DNA from: Candidatus Saccharimonadota bacterium
Lineage (GTDB): Bacteria > Patescibacteriota > Gracilibacteria > BD1-5 > UBA6164
Length of the DNA: 32,000 nt
Assembly (NCBI GenBank): GCA_963677765.1
Contig: OY782392.1
Location: 480,001-512,000, forward strand
Reading direction: 5' to 3'
Below, piece by piece: positions 16,588-26,892 of the stretch. The translations under genes were made by a program, and so were the position numbers. The notes beneath the pieces are model-generated. The model did not search any database. It was not told the DNA's origin and saw only the letters and a program-made list of their open reading frames with translations. How positions within the stretch are numbered: the first letter of the stretch is position 1; each line of letters opens with the position of its first letter.

Positions 16588-16616
16588 ATATTAATAGATT
16601 TACTCTATAAAGTCAA
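16588..16616 (-). promoter_or_regulatory. Candidate sigma70-type promoter for the GT4/S-layer transcription unit
   Basis: The minus strand reads TTGACT (16616-16611), a 17-nt spacer, then TAATAT (16593-16588). It is bracketed by inverted GTGAAGATA / TATCTTCAC. AT-rich DNA makes such matches cheap. Confidence 0.3.
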
Positions 16617-16720
16617 ACACTTAAGAGTAAATTTCACACTATCTTCACATAACTCATAAAAATCTTCACATTTCTTAAATATAGCTTTTTCTAGACAAAA
16701 AAATCTAATAATGGCTTAAT

Positions 16721-16760
16721 ACAAAAAACAACCCAATATATTGACTTTTTTATATATTGG
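16721..16760 (-). terminator. Rho-independent terminator of the pilus operon
   Basis: The minus strand reads CCAATATAT-(10 nt)-ATATATTGG followed by GTTGTTTTTTG, about 35 nt after the pilC stop. Confidence 0.65.
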
Positions 16761-16795
16761 ATTGTAATTTTTTTTATTTAATATTTGTGAAGATT

Positions 16796-17956
16796 TTATT
16801 GAGTAACAGTATCTGCCAAGTTCATTATTGGTTGCATTATAGCTATTGCAATAAATCATACAACAACTGCCAATGTAACGATAATAAATGGTTCTAAAAG
16901 TTTGTTGATTACTCATATAGTATTGTCAACTTGTTCATCATAGAAATCAGCTACTTTTAAGATAGTAGTATCTAGTTTTGCTGTTTCTTCTCATACTTGA
17001 ATCATTTGAACCATCATATCAGGAAATAATTTGTCTCAGTCAAGAGATTCCCACATCTTGATACCTCAGGCTATATCTTCTGATAAAAGTATGATTCTTT
17101 GTTTGTAAACTTCGTTACCTACAGCATCAGAAGTAATCTTTAGTGATTCAACTATAGAAACACCTGAACCAACTAATCAAGAAAATACTCTAGAAAACTT
17201 TGACAAAACTAGTTTTTGGTTTATTTGACCAAATACAGGAACTTTCATCTTTATAGAATCAAACATATACTTACCATCTGGTGTTTTTTTCCATACATTT
17301 ACTCATGCTATTATAACTATAACAGCTAATAAAAGTAAATACCAATAATAAACAAAAAAATCAGAAACTGCTATAAGTGCTTGTGTTGATGCTGGTAAAT
17401 CACCTTTACCATCAAATATTTCCAAAAGCTTAGGAACAACAACAATCATCATAACTGATATAACTCAAATAACTACTACCAATATAAACATTGGGTACAT
17501 CATAGCAGATCTGATTTTTCATGATATACTTTCTACTTTTTCTATTTGATTGGCAAGATCAGTTAAAACCGAGTTCAATTGTCAAGTCTTTTCTCATGAT
17601 TTGATTATTCAAACTTCAGCATCTTCAAAACTAGCAGGATATTCTTCCAAACATTGTGAAAGTTTATCTCATTGTTTTAATCTATAAGTAAACTCCCCTA
17701 ACATTTTTTTAAATACTGGGTTTTTCTCTTGTTTTTCTAGAATAGAAACTGCTTTCATAACTCACATTCATGCATTGGTCATTGTTGACAAAAGACGATA
17801 GAAAACTACCTTTTCACTAGTTTTTACTTTTTGAAAAGACAATAGTTTTTCGTTTATTCTATCAGTCAAAGTCATACTTGGACCAGAATTTTGATGTTTG
17901 ACATTATTGTCAGATTCTGATTTTTTATCATCATCTAAGATTAAAAAATCTGCCAT
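16796..17956 (-). CDS. pilC: Type IV pilus assembly / T2SS platform protein PilC (GspF family), 386 aa
   Basis: ATG 17956, TAA 16798-16796. It has two GspF repeats (FYRLLSTMTNAGMGVMKAV..., FSRVFSGLVGSGVSIVESL...), three TM segments, and a C-terminal LLEPFIIVTLAVVVGFIAIAIMQPIMNL. Many in-frame TGA = Gly. Confidence 0.9.
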
Positions 17957-17984
17957 AATATTATTTTATAAAAATTTAAATTTA

Positions 17985-19250
17985 TTATCAGTTTTGTGAT
18001 TTTGCTACTCTATAAACTTCTTCTAGAGATGTAAGTCAGTTAAGTGCTTTCATAATACCATCTTGTTCTAGAGATATCATACCATCTTTTATAGCCTGTC
18101 TGTTTATATTGAAGGCACTAGATCAATTAAGTATCATTTCTTTTACTCATGGAGATATTTCTAGTACTTCATATAATCATACTCTTCATTTATATCACAT
18201 ATTATCACATTTTTCACAACCAACAGCTTCATAAAAAGCTGGTGCTTTTAATTTATCTCAAACTCTTGACATTAATTCTTTTTTATTTGTCAGGTTTATT
18301 GCATTTTTTATGTTTTTTAAAGTTTCTCATCATAATTCATTTAGTCAAACTCTTTTCTTACAATGAGGACAAAGTCTTTTTACAAGTCTTTGTGCTATAA
18401 TTGCATTTACAGATGCTGGTATCAAAAATGGTTGCACTCACATATTAAGAATTCTGGTAATAGTTTCTGATGCATTATTCGTATGTATTGTTGACAATAC
18501 TAAATGTCATGTCAAAGATGCTTCAATCGCTATATCTACAGTCTCCTTGTCTCTCATTTCTCATACCATTATAATATCAGGATCCTGTCTAAGAGCAGTT
18601 CTTAATCAATAAGCAAAGGTATATCATATAGCTGGTTTAACTTGTGATTGACTTATTCAATCTACTTGATTTTCTACTGGATCTTCTAGCGTCATTATAT
18701 TTACATCTATTTTATTCAAATCAGTTAATGCTGAATATAAAGTTGTAGATTTACCAGATCATGTAGGACCAGATGTCAATATAATACCATTAGGTAAAGA
18801 AATAGCTCTTTGGATTATTTCTAAGTTTTGTCATTCTATACCTAAATCAACCAATTTTGGAATTTGTTTTGTTTTGTCTACAATTCTCATTACCACCTTT
18901 TCTCAATGAACAGTTGGTAGAGTAGAAACTCTCAGATCTAATTCTTTTCATTCAATATTGGTACTTATTCTACCATCTTGAGGGATTCTCGATTCATCTA
19001 TTTTTAAATCAGACATTATTTTGAATCTAGCAACAATTCATGAATGTAAAAAGTTTTGATACTCAAGTATTTCTCTTAATTCTCAGTCAAGTCTATATCT
19101 AAGTCTAACAAAAGAACTAAGAGGTTCTACATGGATATCTGAAGAGTCTCATAATACTGCAGCCAAAATGATATAGTCACAAATTTTTTGTATATCATCT
19201 CATTTATAAACAAGCTCTTTCAATTGCTCTACAACTTCATTGTACTTCAT
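17985..19250 (-). CDS. pilB: Type IV pilus / T2SS assembly ATPase (GspE/PilB family, short form), 421 aa
   Basis: Walker A TSGPTGSGKSTT (the middle Gly is the TGA at 18759-18761), Asp box, Walker B DPDIIMVGEMRD, His box [13 protein letters not shown], and a tetracysteine motif CPHC...CEKC. ATG 19250, TAA 17987-17985. Confidence 0.9.
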
Positions 19251-19415
19251 TTTGTAAATATTAATTATTATTTTTAATTATTCTTGTATTTCCTCTGTTT
19301 CTTCTGTTTCTTCTGTTTCTTTTTCTTCAACTAATGTTAATCAAACTTCATTAGCATATCTTTCAAATGTTTCTAAATATTTAAAAGAATCTTTATATGC
19401 TTCATCAATAGAGTC

Positions 19416-20585
19416 CTTAGTAAAAAGACTTTCTCTTATTTTTGGTATAACTGTAGTTTCTAATTGAACAAGAGTTCTAAGTCTAGATTCAGCTATTTTT
19501 TTAATATTAGATGGTGTATTAGGATCTCATATTTTTTCACCTAATAAACCTTTTAATTTTGAATGTTGGTCTATGAATTTTAATATATTTTCTTCAATTT
19601 TATATATAGGTAAACCTTTAACATAAAATCTTAAACCAATTTTTATATCAATAATTTCATTTCATTGAGTATTTTTTATAAAACCTATCATATCAGAATA
19701 ATTATTATTCATTTCATATGATGAATCTGGATATTTAGGTATTTCTATAAATTCAATATCAGTAATTTGATTATTAAATAAATCATAAGCTTGATCTGAC
19801 TCTTGTCATGATATATACTTAACAGCCAAATTTTTAAAATTATTATCAACTCATTGAACAAATGTTATATCAAAAGTACCCTCTTCTTTGTTTTCATACT
19901 CATTTATTTGACCTACTCTTTGTATAAAATAGATAAAATCTAAAATAGATTCTTTTCTTCATCTAAGATCAAGTTCAAGAGGTATATAATATATATTAGT
20001 TTCCAAAGAACTATCATTAGTAGAAGTAGAATAACCATCAACTAAGTTAACTTCTTTTATACCAATAGAGTTTCTAAAGTTTATATTAAAGGTATTAGTA
20101 AGTGATTCTATATAATTAATAAATTTGAAATCAGTTAAGAAATCATCTCAAAAATCACTAATTTGATCTGAATAACTAGGAAGAATATTTCATAATTTTT
20201 TTAATTTATTATCAAATTCAGTAGTATCAGAATATTTATCAGTAATATTTGAAATAAAATCTTTATAAGATTTATATTCAGTATTTTTTAGGTGTAGATT
20301 ATAAAAATCTTCATCTATATCTTCCAATATTTTTTTTGTATATGTATTAGATGAATTAGATGCTGAAGTTGAAATAATAGCCTTAAAATCATTAAATGAT
20401 TGCCCTTCTTTTTGAATAGTTTTATAATCATCATAAACTACTTTAGCTTGTTGCTTTAATCATTCAACTTTATTAAATCAAGGTATTATATAAACCAATG
20501 TACTAATAACTGATGCAATAAAAAGAACAATTATTATTGAAAAATTTATGATTATGGCATTTTTTTGTCTTTTTGTTTTTGTCAT
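19416..20585 (-). CDS. Single-pass membrane protein of the pilus operon, 389 aa as read; a 60-codon acidic tail continues in the +1 frame to 19277 (possible frameshift)
   Basis: ATG 20585. N-terminal TM helix AIIINFSIIIVLFIASVISTLVYII. I tracked the frame line by line to TAA 19418-19416. Just upstream, an A6 run (around 19436-19445) separates it from an open frame ending ...VEEKETEETEETEEIQE* at 19277-19279. I recognised no family. Confidence 0.65.
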
Positions 20586-20588
20586 TTT

Positions 20589-21449
20589 TTAAAAATTAAT
20601 TTTTAATTTAAGGTCAAAATCTGTTTTACTTGTAAGTCAACTTCTTTCTCAAGTTACACTTTGATTTGAAAAAACTTTTTGTCTTTCTAGTATTTTAAAA
20701 TCATTAGTTTGTTTTTCTATGTAGTTTAAAAAACTATTTGCTATAGACATAGATGTACCAACTAATTTTGTATCAGTTTTTTCTCAAGTATATCATATTA
20801 TTTCTGATTCAAATCATCTAGAAAAAGATGAACACTTCATTGACATAATCATTTCTTCTGAATCAATTATTAAATCTCTACATTCTATCTTATCCTTATC
20901 TAATCATACATAATCATTTTTGATTTTATCAAACCTTTCAAGTATATCTAATACATCTAATTTATTTTCACTTTTATCTAACAGAAAAGAAACCTCTTTA
21001 GTTTTAGTGAAATTCTCTTTTTGATATATGTTAGTTATCAAAGGTAAAACAGCATCAGATTGTTCTCTTTTTAATGTTCTAATATATTCATTGTATTTTT
21101 TAATAGTAAATGACACTGATGAACAATTACTAATAGATGAAGGTATAGGAACATCTCAATTCAAGAGATTACACACAGGATTTAGAAATGTTTTATCACT
21201 AAATGTATCATTTGATTGTAAATAATTATATCAACCTACAAATATATTTACAAAAAGCAATATAACAAAAATAGATTTTAATATACTTGTAGCCAAAGAT
21301 AGATAATAATAAGAATCTCTTTCACTTTCATCTTTAAGTTTTTGTACTTCTGATAACAAATCAGAATCAGAATCAAATTCATCAAATATATTTGATGTGT
21401 TTATTGTTTCACTCTCAGAAGATTGAGTATTTTTTAAGTTTTCTGACAT
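20589..21449 (-). CDS. Single-pass membrane protein, first gene of the pilus operon, 286 aa
   Basis: ATG 21449, TAA 20591-20589. The listed ORFs 21231..21449 and 20904..21116 are one frame joined through TGA codons (for example 21231-21233 and 20904-20906). It has an acidic N-terminus then the TM helix LATSILKSIFVILLFVNIFVGG. Its stop is 3 nt from the next start. Confidence 0.65.
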
Positions 21450-21540
21450 AAATAAATGTTAGTAAATTAATAACTAATACAATATTAACACATATAATTT
21501 TAAAACTCAAAAAAAAGACTTTACAAATAAGTAAAATCTT

Positions 21541-24153
21541 TTATCAATTTTTTTCTAATATATCCAAAAATAAATCCTTAGATCATTTTTTTATATTAAT
21601 ATCGTTAGGAAAAGCTTTATAAAAGGCTTCTCACCACTTTGTATTTATTCTATCATCTAGTAAAATAACTAATCATTTATCATTTTTGCTCCTTATTAAT
21701 CTTCAAAATCATTGTTTTAGTTTTATAATAGCTTTTGGTATAGAATAATCCCTAAAACTATCTTCAAAAAAAACACTTCTAGCTTGAAAAATAGGATCAG
21801 TAGGGACCTGAAAAGGAAACTTATGTATAACTAAATATTTTAAGTCTTCTCATGGTATATCAACTCACTCCCAAAAACTATCAGTTCATAGTAATATAGA
21901 GTTATGTGAAGATTGTGTGAAGTTTGATAATAACTTTGTTTTACTTCAACCTATAGATTGAGCATATAAATTGATTCATTGTTTTTTTAATTTGATATTA
22001 CAAGAAGTATATATCTTTTTTATAATATTAAAACTAGTTAGTAGAGTCAAAGTTTTTCATTTTGTAATAGAATAAAATCTATATAGAAAATTAACTATTT
22101 CATTTGAATTATTTTTTATACTTCATATATCTGTTGGTATAAATAGTGTAGCTTGTTTTGAATAATCAAAATCACTATTAAATGATAAAAAGTCAAACTC
22201 ATCTAGTCTCAATATTTTTTTTACATAATCAAAGCTATCTCAAATACTAAGAGTAGCTGATGTTAATATACAAGAATTTAGTTTTTTCCATAGAGATTCA
22301 TTTAAATATTCTGCTGGATTAAGTAAGGTATATTCAAATGTAATTCAAAATCTATCATTATAACTAAGTATTTTTATATAAGTATTTGAATTATTTTTGT
22401 CAAAAAAGTTTTTTATATTATTGGCTAAAGATTCAAAAAAACTAATCTCTTTTGAAAAATCATATTCCTCTTTTGTTTTTAAAATGTCTATAATGTCTAT
22501 TAAATCTAAACTTATTTTTTGAAGTATATTAGAAAAATCTAAGTCTTGAAAAAAATCTTCTTTTAATAATAAAACTTTATATCATTGATCACTTGGAATT
22601 TTTTCATCTAAATAATTAAAAGCATAATCATCAACTACTTCCAAATTTGATAATAAAGATTCTTTTTTAGTTAAAATATCTAAATATTTTATTGTTTTTG
22701 ATTTAAATATTTTTTCCATATTTACAAAATGTTCTCTTGTAGTATATAGACTATATCTTTGTTTTAAAGAGTCTGTAACAGAATCTTCTATAGAATGAGC
22801 CTCATCTATTACTAAATTTTTTAAATCCGGTAATAATTTTGATTCAGAAGCAAGATCAGAATACAATAGACTATGATTTATAACTACTATATTAGATTTT
22901 TTAACTCATTCTCTAGCTTTATAGATAAATTCATAATCTCTATATTGATTCTTTTCAGAAATATTCACATAACCTTCACAATTAAGATTTCTTAGATAAA
23001 AATATTCATCTGGATAAAAAGTAAGTTCATCTAATTCTCAATATTTAGTTTCTAATAACCATAAACATATTTTTGAATATAAGTTTACTTCATTATATGA
23101 TAGATTTCATAAAAATACAGAATCAAAAAATGATTTAAGACTTATATAATTTTTTCTTCATTTTAATTTAGAATAATAAAAATCATATCATAAGTTTTCA
23201 TTTAAGAACTTTAAATCTTTATCATATAATTGATCTTGTAAGTTTTTTGTCTTAGTTGTAATATATACCTTTTCACCTGTTTTTAATGAATGTATTATTG
23301 ATGGTATCAAATAAGCATAACTTTTTCATAGTCAGGTAGGAGCTTCTATAACTGTCTTTTTTTTGTTCTCATAACTTAAATAAACTTGTTTTGTCATCTC
23401 TAATTGATTTATCCTTTTTTCTACTTTTCATCAAAAATCAAAGTAAGATTCCATATCTGAACTATCTATATTTTCATTTATTGGAAGCTCTTTTTTTATA
23501 TCTATAGGTCAAATAGTTTTTAATATTTCATTTTCAAAATTTTCCAAATCAATAACATAATCAAATTCTCAAAAAATAAACTTTTTTAAAAAATTCACAT
23601 TATCTTCACTTGACAGATTAAATATATAATACAAAAGCTTCTTTTTCATACTTGACATTTTACTAAAATCAATTAATTGATTTTTGAATAATTCTATAGT
23701 AGCTTTTACATCATTAATTGCCCTATGAGCTCATTCAAATTCAATATTATAATGTTTACATAACATTTCTAAATTTAAAGATTCATTATTAAATGTAAGT
23801 ATGTTAGCCAAAAAGAAAGTATCAATTTTTAAATTTTTACTTATATCTATTCAATTATTAACAAAAAAATCAATATCAAAATTAACATTATGTCATAATA
23901 AAACTCAATTTCATATAAAGTTAAGTATTTCTTCTCTTAACTCTTCTATTTTTGGAGCTCAAGCAACATCATGGTCAAATATATTAGTTATATTTGATAT
24001 TATTTCTGGAATTTCAACTCATGGATCAACAAAACAACTATATGTTTCTATTATTTCAAAAGTTTTTTCATCAAACTTTATCATAGCTATTTCTATGATT
24101 TTATCATTATATTTATCTAAACCTGTAGTCTCTAAATCAAAACAAATTATCAT
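21541..24153 (-). CDS. dinG: DinG-type ATP-dependent DNA helicase fused to an N-terminal DnaQ-like 3'-5' exonuclease domain, 870 aa
   Basis: I checked every in-phase triplet from 21541 to 24153 and found no TAA/TAG. Exo motifs are MIICFDLETTGLD and HNVNFDIDFF...HRAINDV. Helicase motifs are EAPTGLGKSYAYLIP and the DEAH box LVIDEAHSIED, with C-terminal DSFWEGVDIPG and QGFGRLIRS. Confidence 0.85.
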
Positions 24154-24225
24154 TTTAAAAAAAATTTCTTGAATAAAATAAGTATAAATATATAATACTC
24201 AAAATAATAAATAAAAGAAACTTAA

Positions 24226-24882
24226 ATGAAGAATTTAGTAAAAATATTGATTATAGTTAGTATATTGATTTGATACAACAATACTTTTTCTTTTGATGAT
24301 TATAGTGATTCAAAAAATAACAAAGAAAGAGCTATTTTAATAGAAAAATATTTAATAACTCATAAAAAACAAATATCTAATTTTACTAAAAAGTATAATA
24401 TAGAATGAGATTATGACATATCCAAAGAACTTGACAAAATAGATTTTTTAATTAAATCACTTAAAACTGTTCAAGAAAAAAATATTGAAAAAGATAGGGA
24501 AGATCTTATTATAAACACAATAGTAAATGAAATAAAAACTGTAAATGATAGATTAAAAGTTATTTTACAAGAAAAAAAGGATGAACATGAAGTAAACCTA
24601 CAAAAAATTAAAAATAGCTATTGATTACTAGGTGAAAGACTATCAAAAGAAATAACAAAAATAACTAATTCATTAAGTTATGTAGACAAAAAAGATTCTT
24701 ATATGCTTAGTAAAAATGAAATAAAGATAAAAAAATCTAATGATAGATTAAAAGAGCTATCATATTTATTGAAAATATTTTGAAAAATAAATTTTTCTAG
24801 CGAAGAAGAAATGAAAAATACATTTAAAAAGATAATATTAGAAATAAGAAAAGAAATGAATACAATAAAAAATATAATATAA
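24226..24882 (+). CDS. Secreted coiled-coil-rich hypothetical protein, 218 aa
   Basis: ATG 24226, TAA 24880-24882. Signal-like N-terminus MKNLVKILIIVSILIGYNNTFS, then Lys/Glu-rich heptad-like sequence. No family recognised. Confidence 0.6.
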
Positions 24883-24911
24883 AAAAGACTGCTAAACTGC
24901 AGTCTTTTTTA
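24881..24911. terminator. Bidirectional terminator between convergent genes
   Basis: Stem agactgc/gcagtct (24886-24892 / 24899-24905) flanked by an A-run and a T-run. It overlaps the last codons of the pseudouridine synthase gene. Confidence 0.6.
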
Positions 24912-25611
24912 TATTCATCTTATCAAATAATCAATTAACTTCTTTGTTTGAAAGATGTTTATATTCTCAAAAATCCAAATTAGATAACTCTATATTTTCT
25001 ATTCTAATTCTTTTTAGTTTTTTTACTTGATGTCATACCTTTTCAACCATTCTTCTAATTTGTCTATTTCTTCATTCTGTTATAACAATACTAAACTTTC
25101 AGGCAGCAATTCTTTTTATTTTTGCTTTTTTAGTATAACTTCAAAGTATAAAAAGACCATTACTCATTTTTTCTAAAGATTTATCATCAATAGGTCAAAA
25201 TGTTTCAACAATATATTCTTTTTCATGCTCATATTTAGGATGCATAAGATAATTAGCAAGTCTTCAATCATTTGTCAATAATATTAAACCTGTAGTTTCT
25301 TTATCTAATCTTCATATAGGGAATACTCTTTCTTTTACATCTATTATATCAACTATATTTAAATCATCGTTTTGAGCACATGTAGTAACAATTCATCTAG
25401 GTTTATTTAACTTATAATAGACAAGATTATCTTGTTCTTTTATGGCTTTATTAAGCAATTCAACTTTGTCTTGTCATGCAATTATAGACATACCTATTGT
25501 TGCTATTTGTCAATTTACTTTTACTTGACCTGCTCATATATATTCTTCAGCTTTTCTTCTAGAGCATATTCAAGCCTGACTCATGTATTTTTGTAATCTT
25601 ATTTTTTCCAT
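24892..25611 (-). CDS. RsuA/RluB-family rRNA pseudouridine synthase with N-terminal S4 domain, 239 aa
   Basis: S4 domain [31 protein letters not shown] and catalytic motif FPIGRLDKETTGLILLTNDG; it also has GRNRQIRRM. ATG 25611-25609, TAG 24894-24892. Confidence 0.85.
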
Positions 25612-25895
25612 TAATTTTCTAAACTTTTAATATAACTATCATATATGTTTATATATGTATCTTTTGAATAGAAAAATGAATCTTTTTCAAAAAGAAAAAA
25701 ATCTTTCTTTTCACATAACATTTTACTATCTCATGGTAAAGCTCTGCTTCATGAACAAACCAAAGTATTAGCACATTGTAGATAGTCATCACTTCTTATA
25801 TAACAAAACCCATCTAAAAAGTACTTATAAACCAAAAAATAAACACCTAATATAACTAGCACTGAAACTAAAAGTATCTCTATAAACTTTCTCAT
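25611..25895 (-). CDS. Small membrane protein, 94 aa
   Basis: ATG 25895. TM helix FIEILLVSVLVILGVYFLVY and four Cys. Its stop TAA overlaps the next start (TAATG at 25613-25609), implying translational coupling. Confidence 0.5.
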
Positions 25896-25899
25896 AATA

Positions 25900-26787
25900 C
25901 TATTTATTATATATTATTCTAACTTCAGGAGATAATTCAAATCAAAACTCTTTTTTTATTTTATTTTGAGCTAATTCTATCAATTCTAATAAATCTTTAT
26001 AAGTAGCAGTTCAATCATTCATTAAAAAATTTGCATGAAGTGGAGAGAAAAAAGCTCCTCATATTTTATATCACTTAAGTCATGCTGATTCTATCAAAAA
26101 TCATGCTGAATTATCTTTATTAGGATTTTTAAAAAAACTACCACATGTATTTCATTTTGGCTGTTTATGTTCTCTAAAATAAAGATTATCAACATCACTA
26201 TGATATTTTTCTATTTTTTTAGATAAATCAAAATATGCTGATATAATAAAGTATTTATTAATATTTTCTTTTATATAAGAGTTTCTATATTCAAACTGCA
26301 TATCATTTTTATTAAAAACTTCTATTTGTCAAGTTTCAAGATTATATAAATCAGTTTTTAAAAAGTTACTTTCAGTTTCCAAGCCAAAACATCAGGCATT
26401 TCAAAATATAGCTCATCATACACTTCATGGAAGTCATATAAATCTATGCCATAAATCTTGTCAATAATCTTTTTCTAATGATTCTGCTATATTACTAATC
26501 CATTCATTAGAATATGTGTGAAGAATATGTGAAGATTTATCATAAGACCATCATTCAAGTGAATTTTTTATTATTATTCAATTATATTCATCAAAAGCAA
26601 ATAATAAATTTGTTCATCATCAAATAAATAACAAATCCAAACTATTATCAATAGCAAAATCTTTTATTTCTTTTAATTTGTTTACATCATCCAATGTTTT
26701 TATTTCAAAAAAGTATTTTGATTTAGCAGGAGTTTTAAAATTTGAAAAAAATGATATATCAACATTTTTTTGTAAATAATTTAACAT
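25900..26787 (-). CDS. murB: UDP-N-acetylenolpyruvoylglucosamine reductase MurB, 295 aa
   Basis: FIGGGTNLL, RFIGLPGSVGGAIFGNAGCFGLE, FEYRNS, KQPKGNTCGSFFKNP and SAGFLIESAGLKGYKIGGA. ATG 26787, TAG 25902-25900. Confidence 0.85.
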
Positions 26788-26857
26788 TTTAACATTTTAT
26801 ATAATAATTACTAAATATCATTATATATATAATAATATTGTTTACAACTATAAAAAA

Positions 26858-26892
26858 TAAATAAAGATTAAGTTAAAACTTAATCTTTATTT
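26858..26892 (-). terminator. Perfect 16-bp palindromic hairpin terminator overlapping the uvrA stop codon
   Basis: aaataaagattaagtt-aaa-aacttaatctttattt, followed on the minus strand by attttttat. Confidence 0.65.

Larger units (their letters stand above)
16580..16794. promoter_or_regulatory. Four copies of the 8-mer GTGAAGAT in inverted pairs (possible operator array)
   Basis: GTGAAGAT on the plus strand at 16580-16587 and 16787-16794; ATCTTCAC on the plus strand at 16641-16648 and 16662-16669. All four are in the pilC-GT4 intergenic region. Confidence 0.35.

Noticed and set aside
19296-19322. The 9-nt tandem repeat ttctgtttc x3 as a regulatory or contingency repeat
   Set aside because: On the coding strand it simply encodes the acidic ETE-ETE-ETE tail. 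The unit is a multiple of three, so copy-number change would not shift the frame. I mention it only in the frameshift finding.
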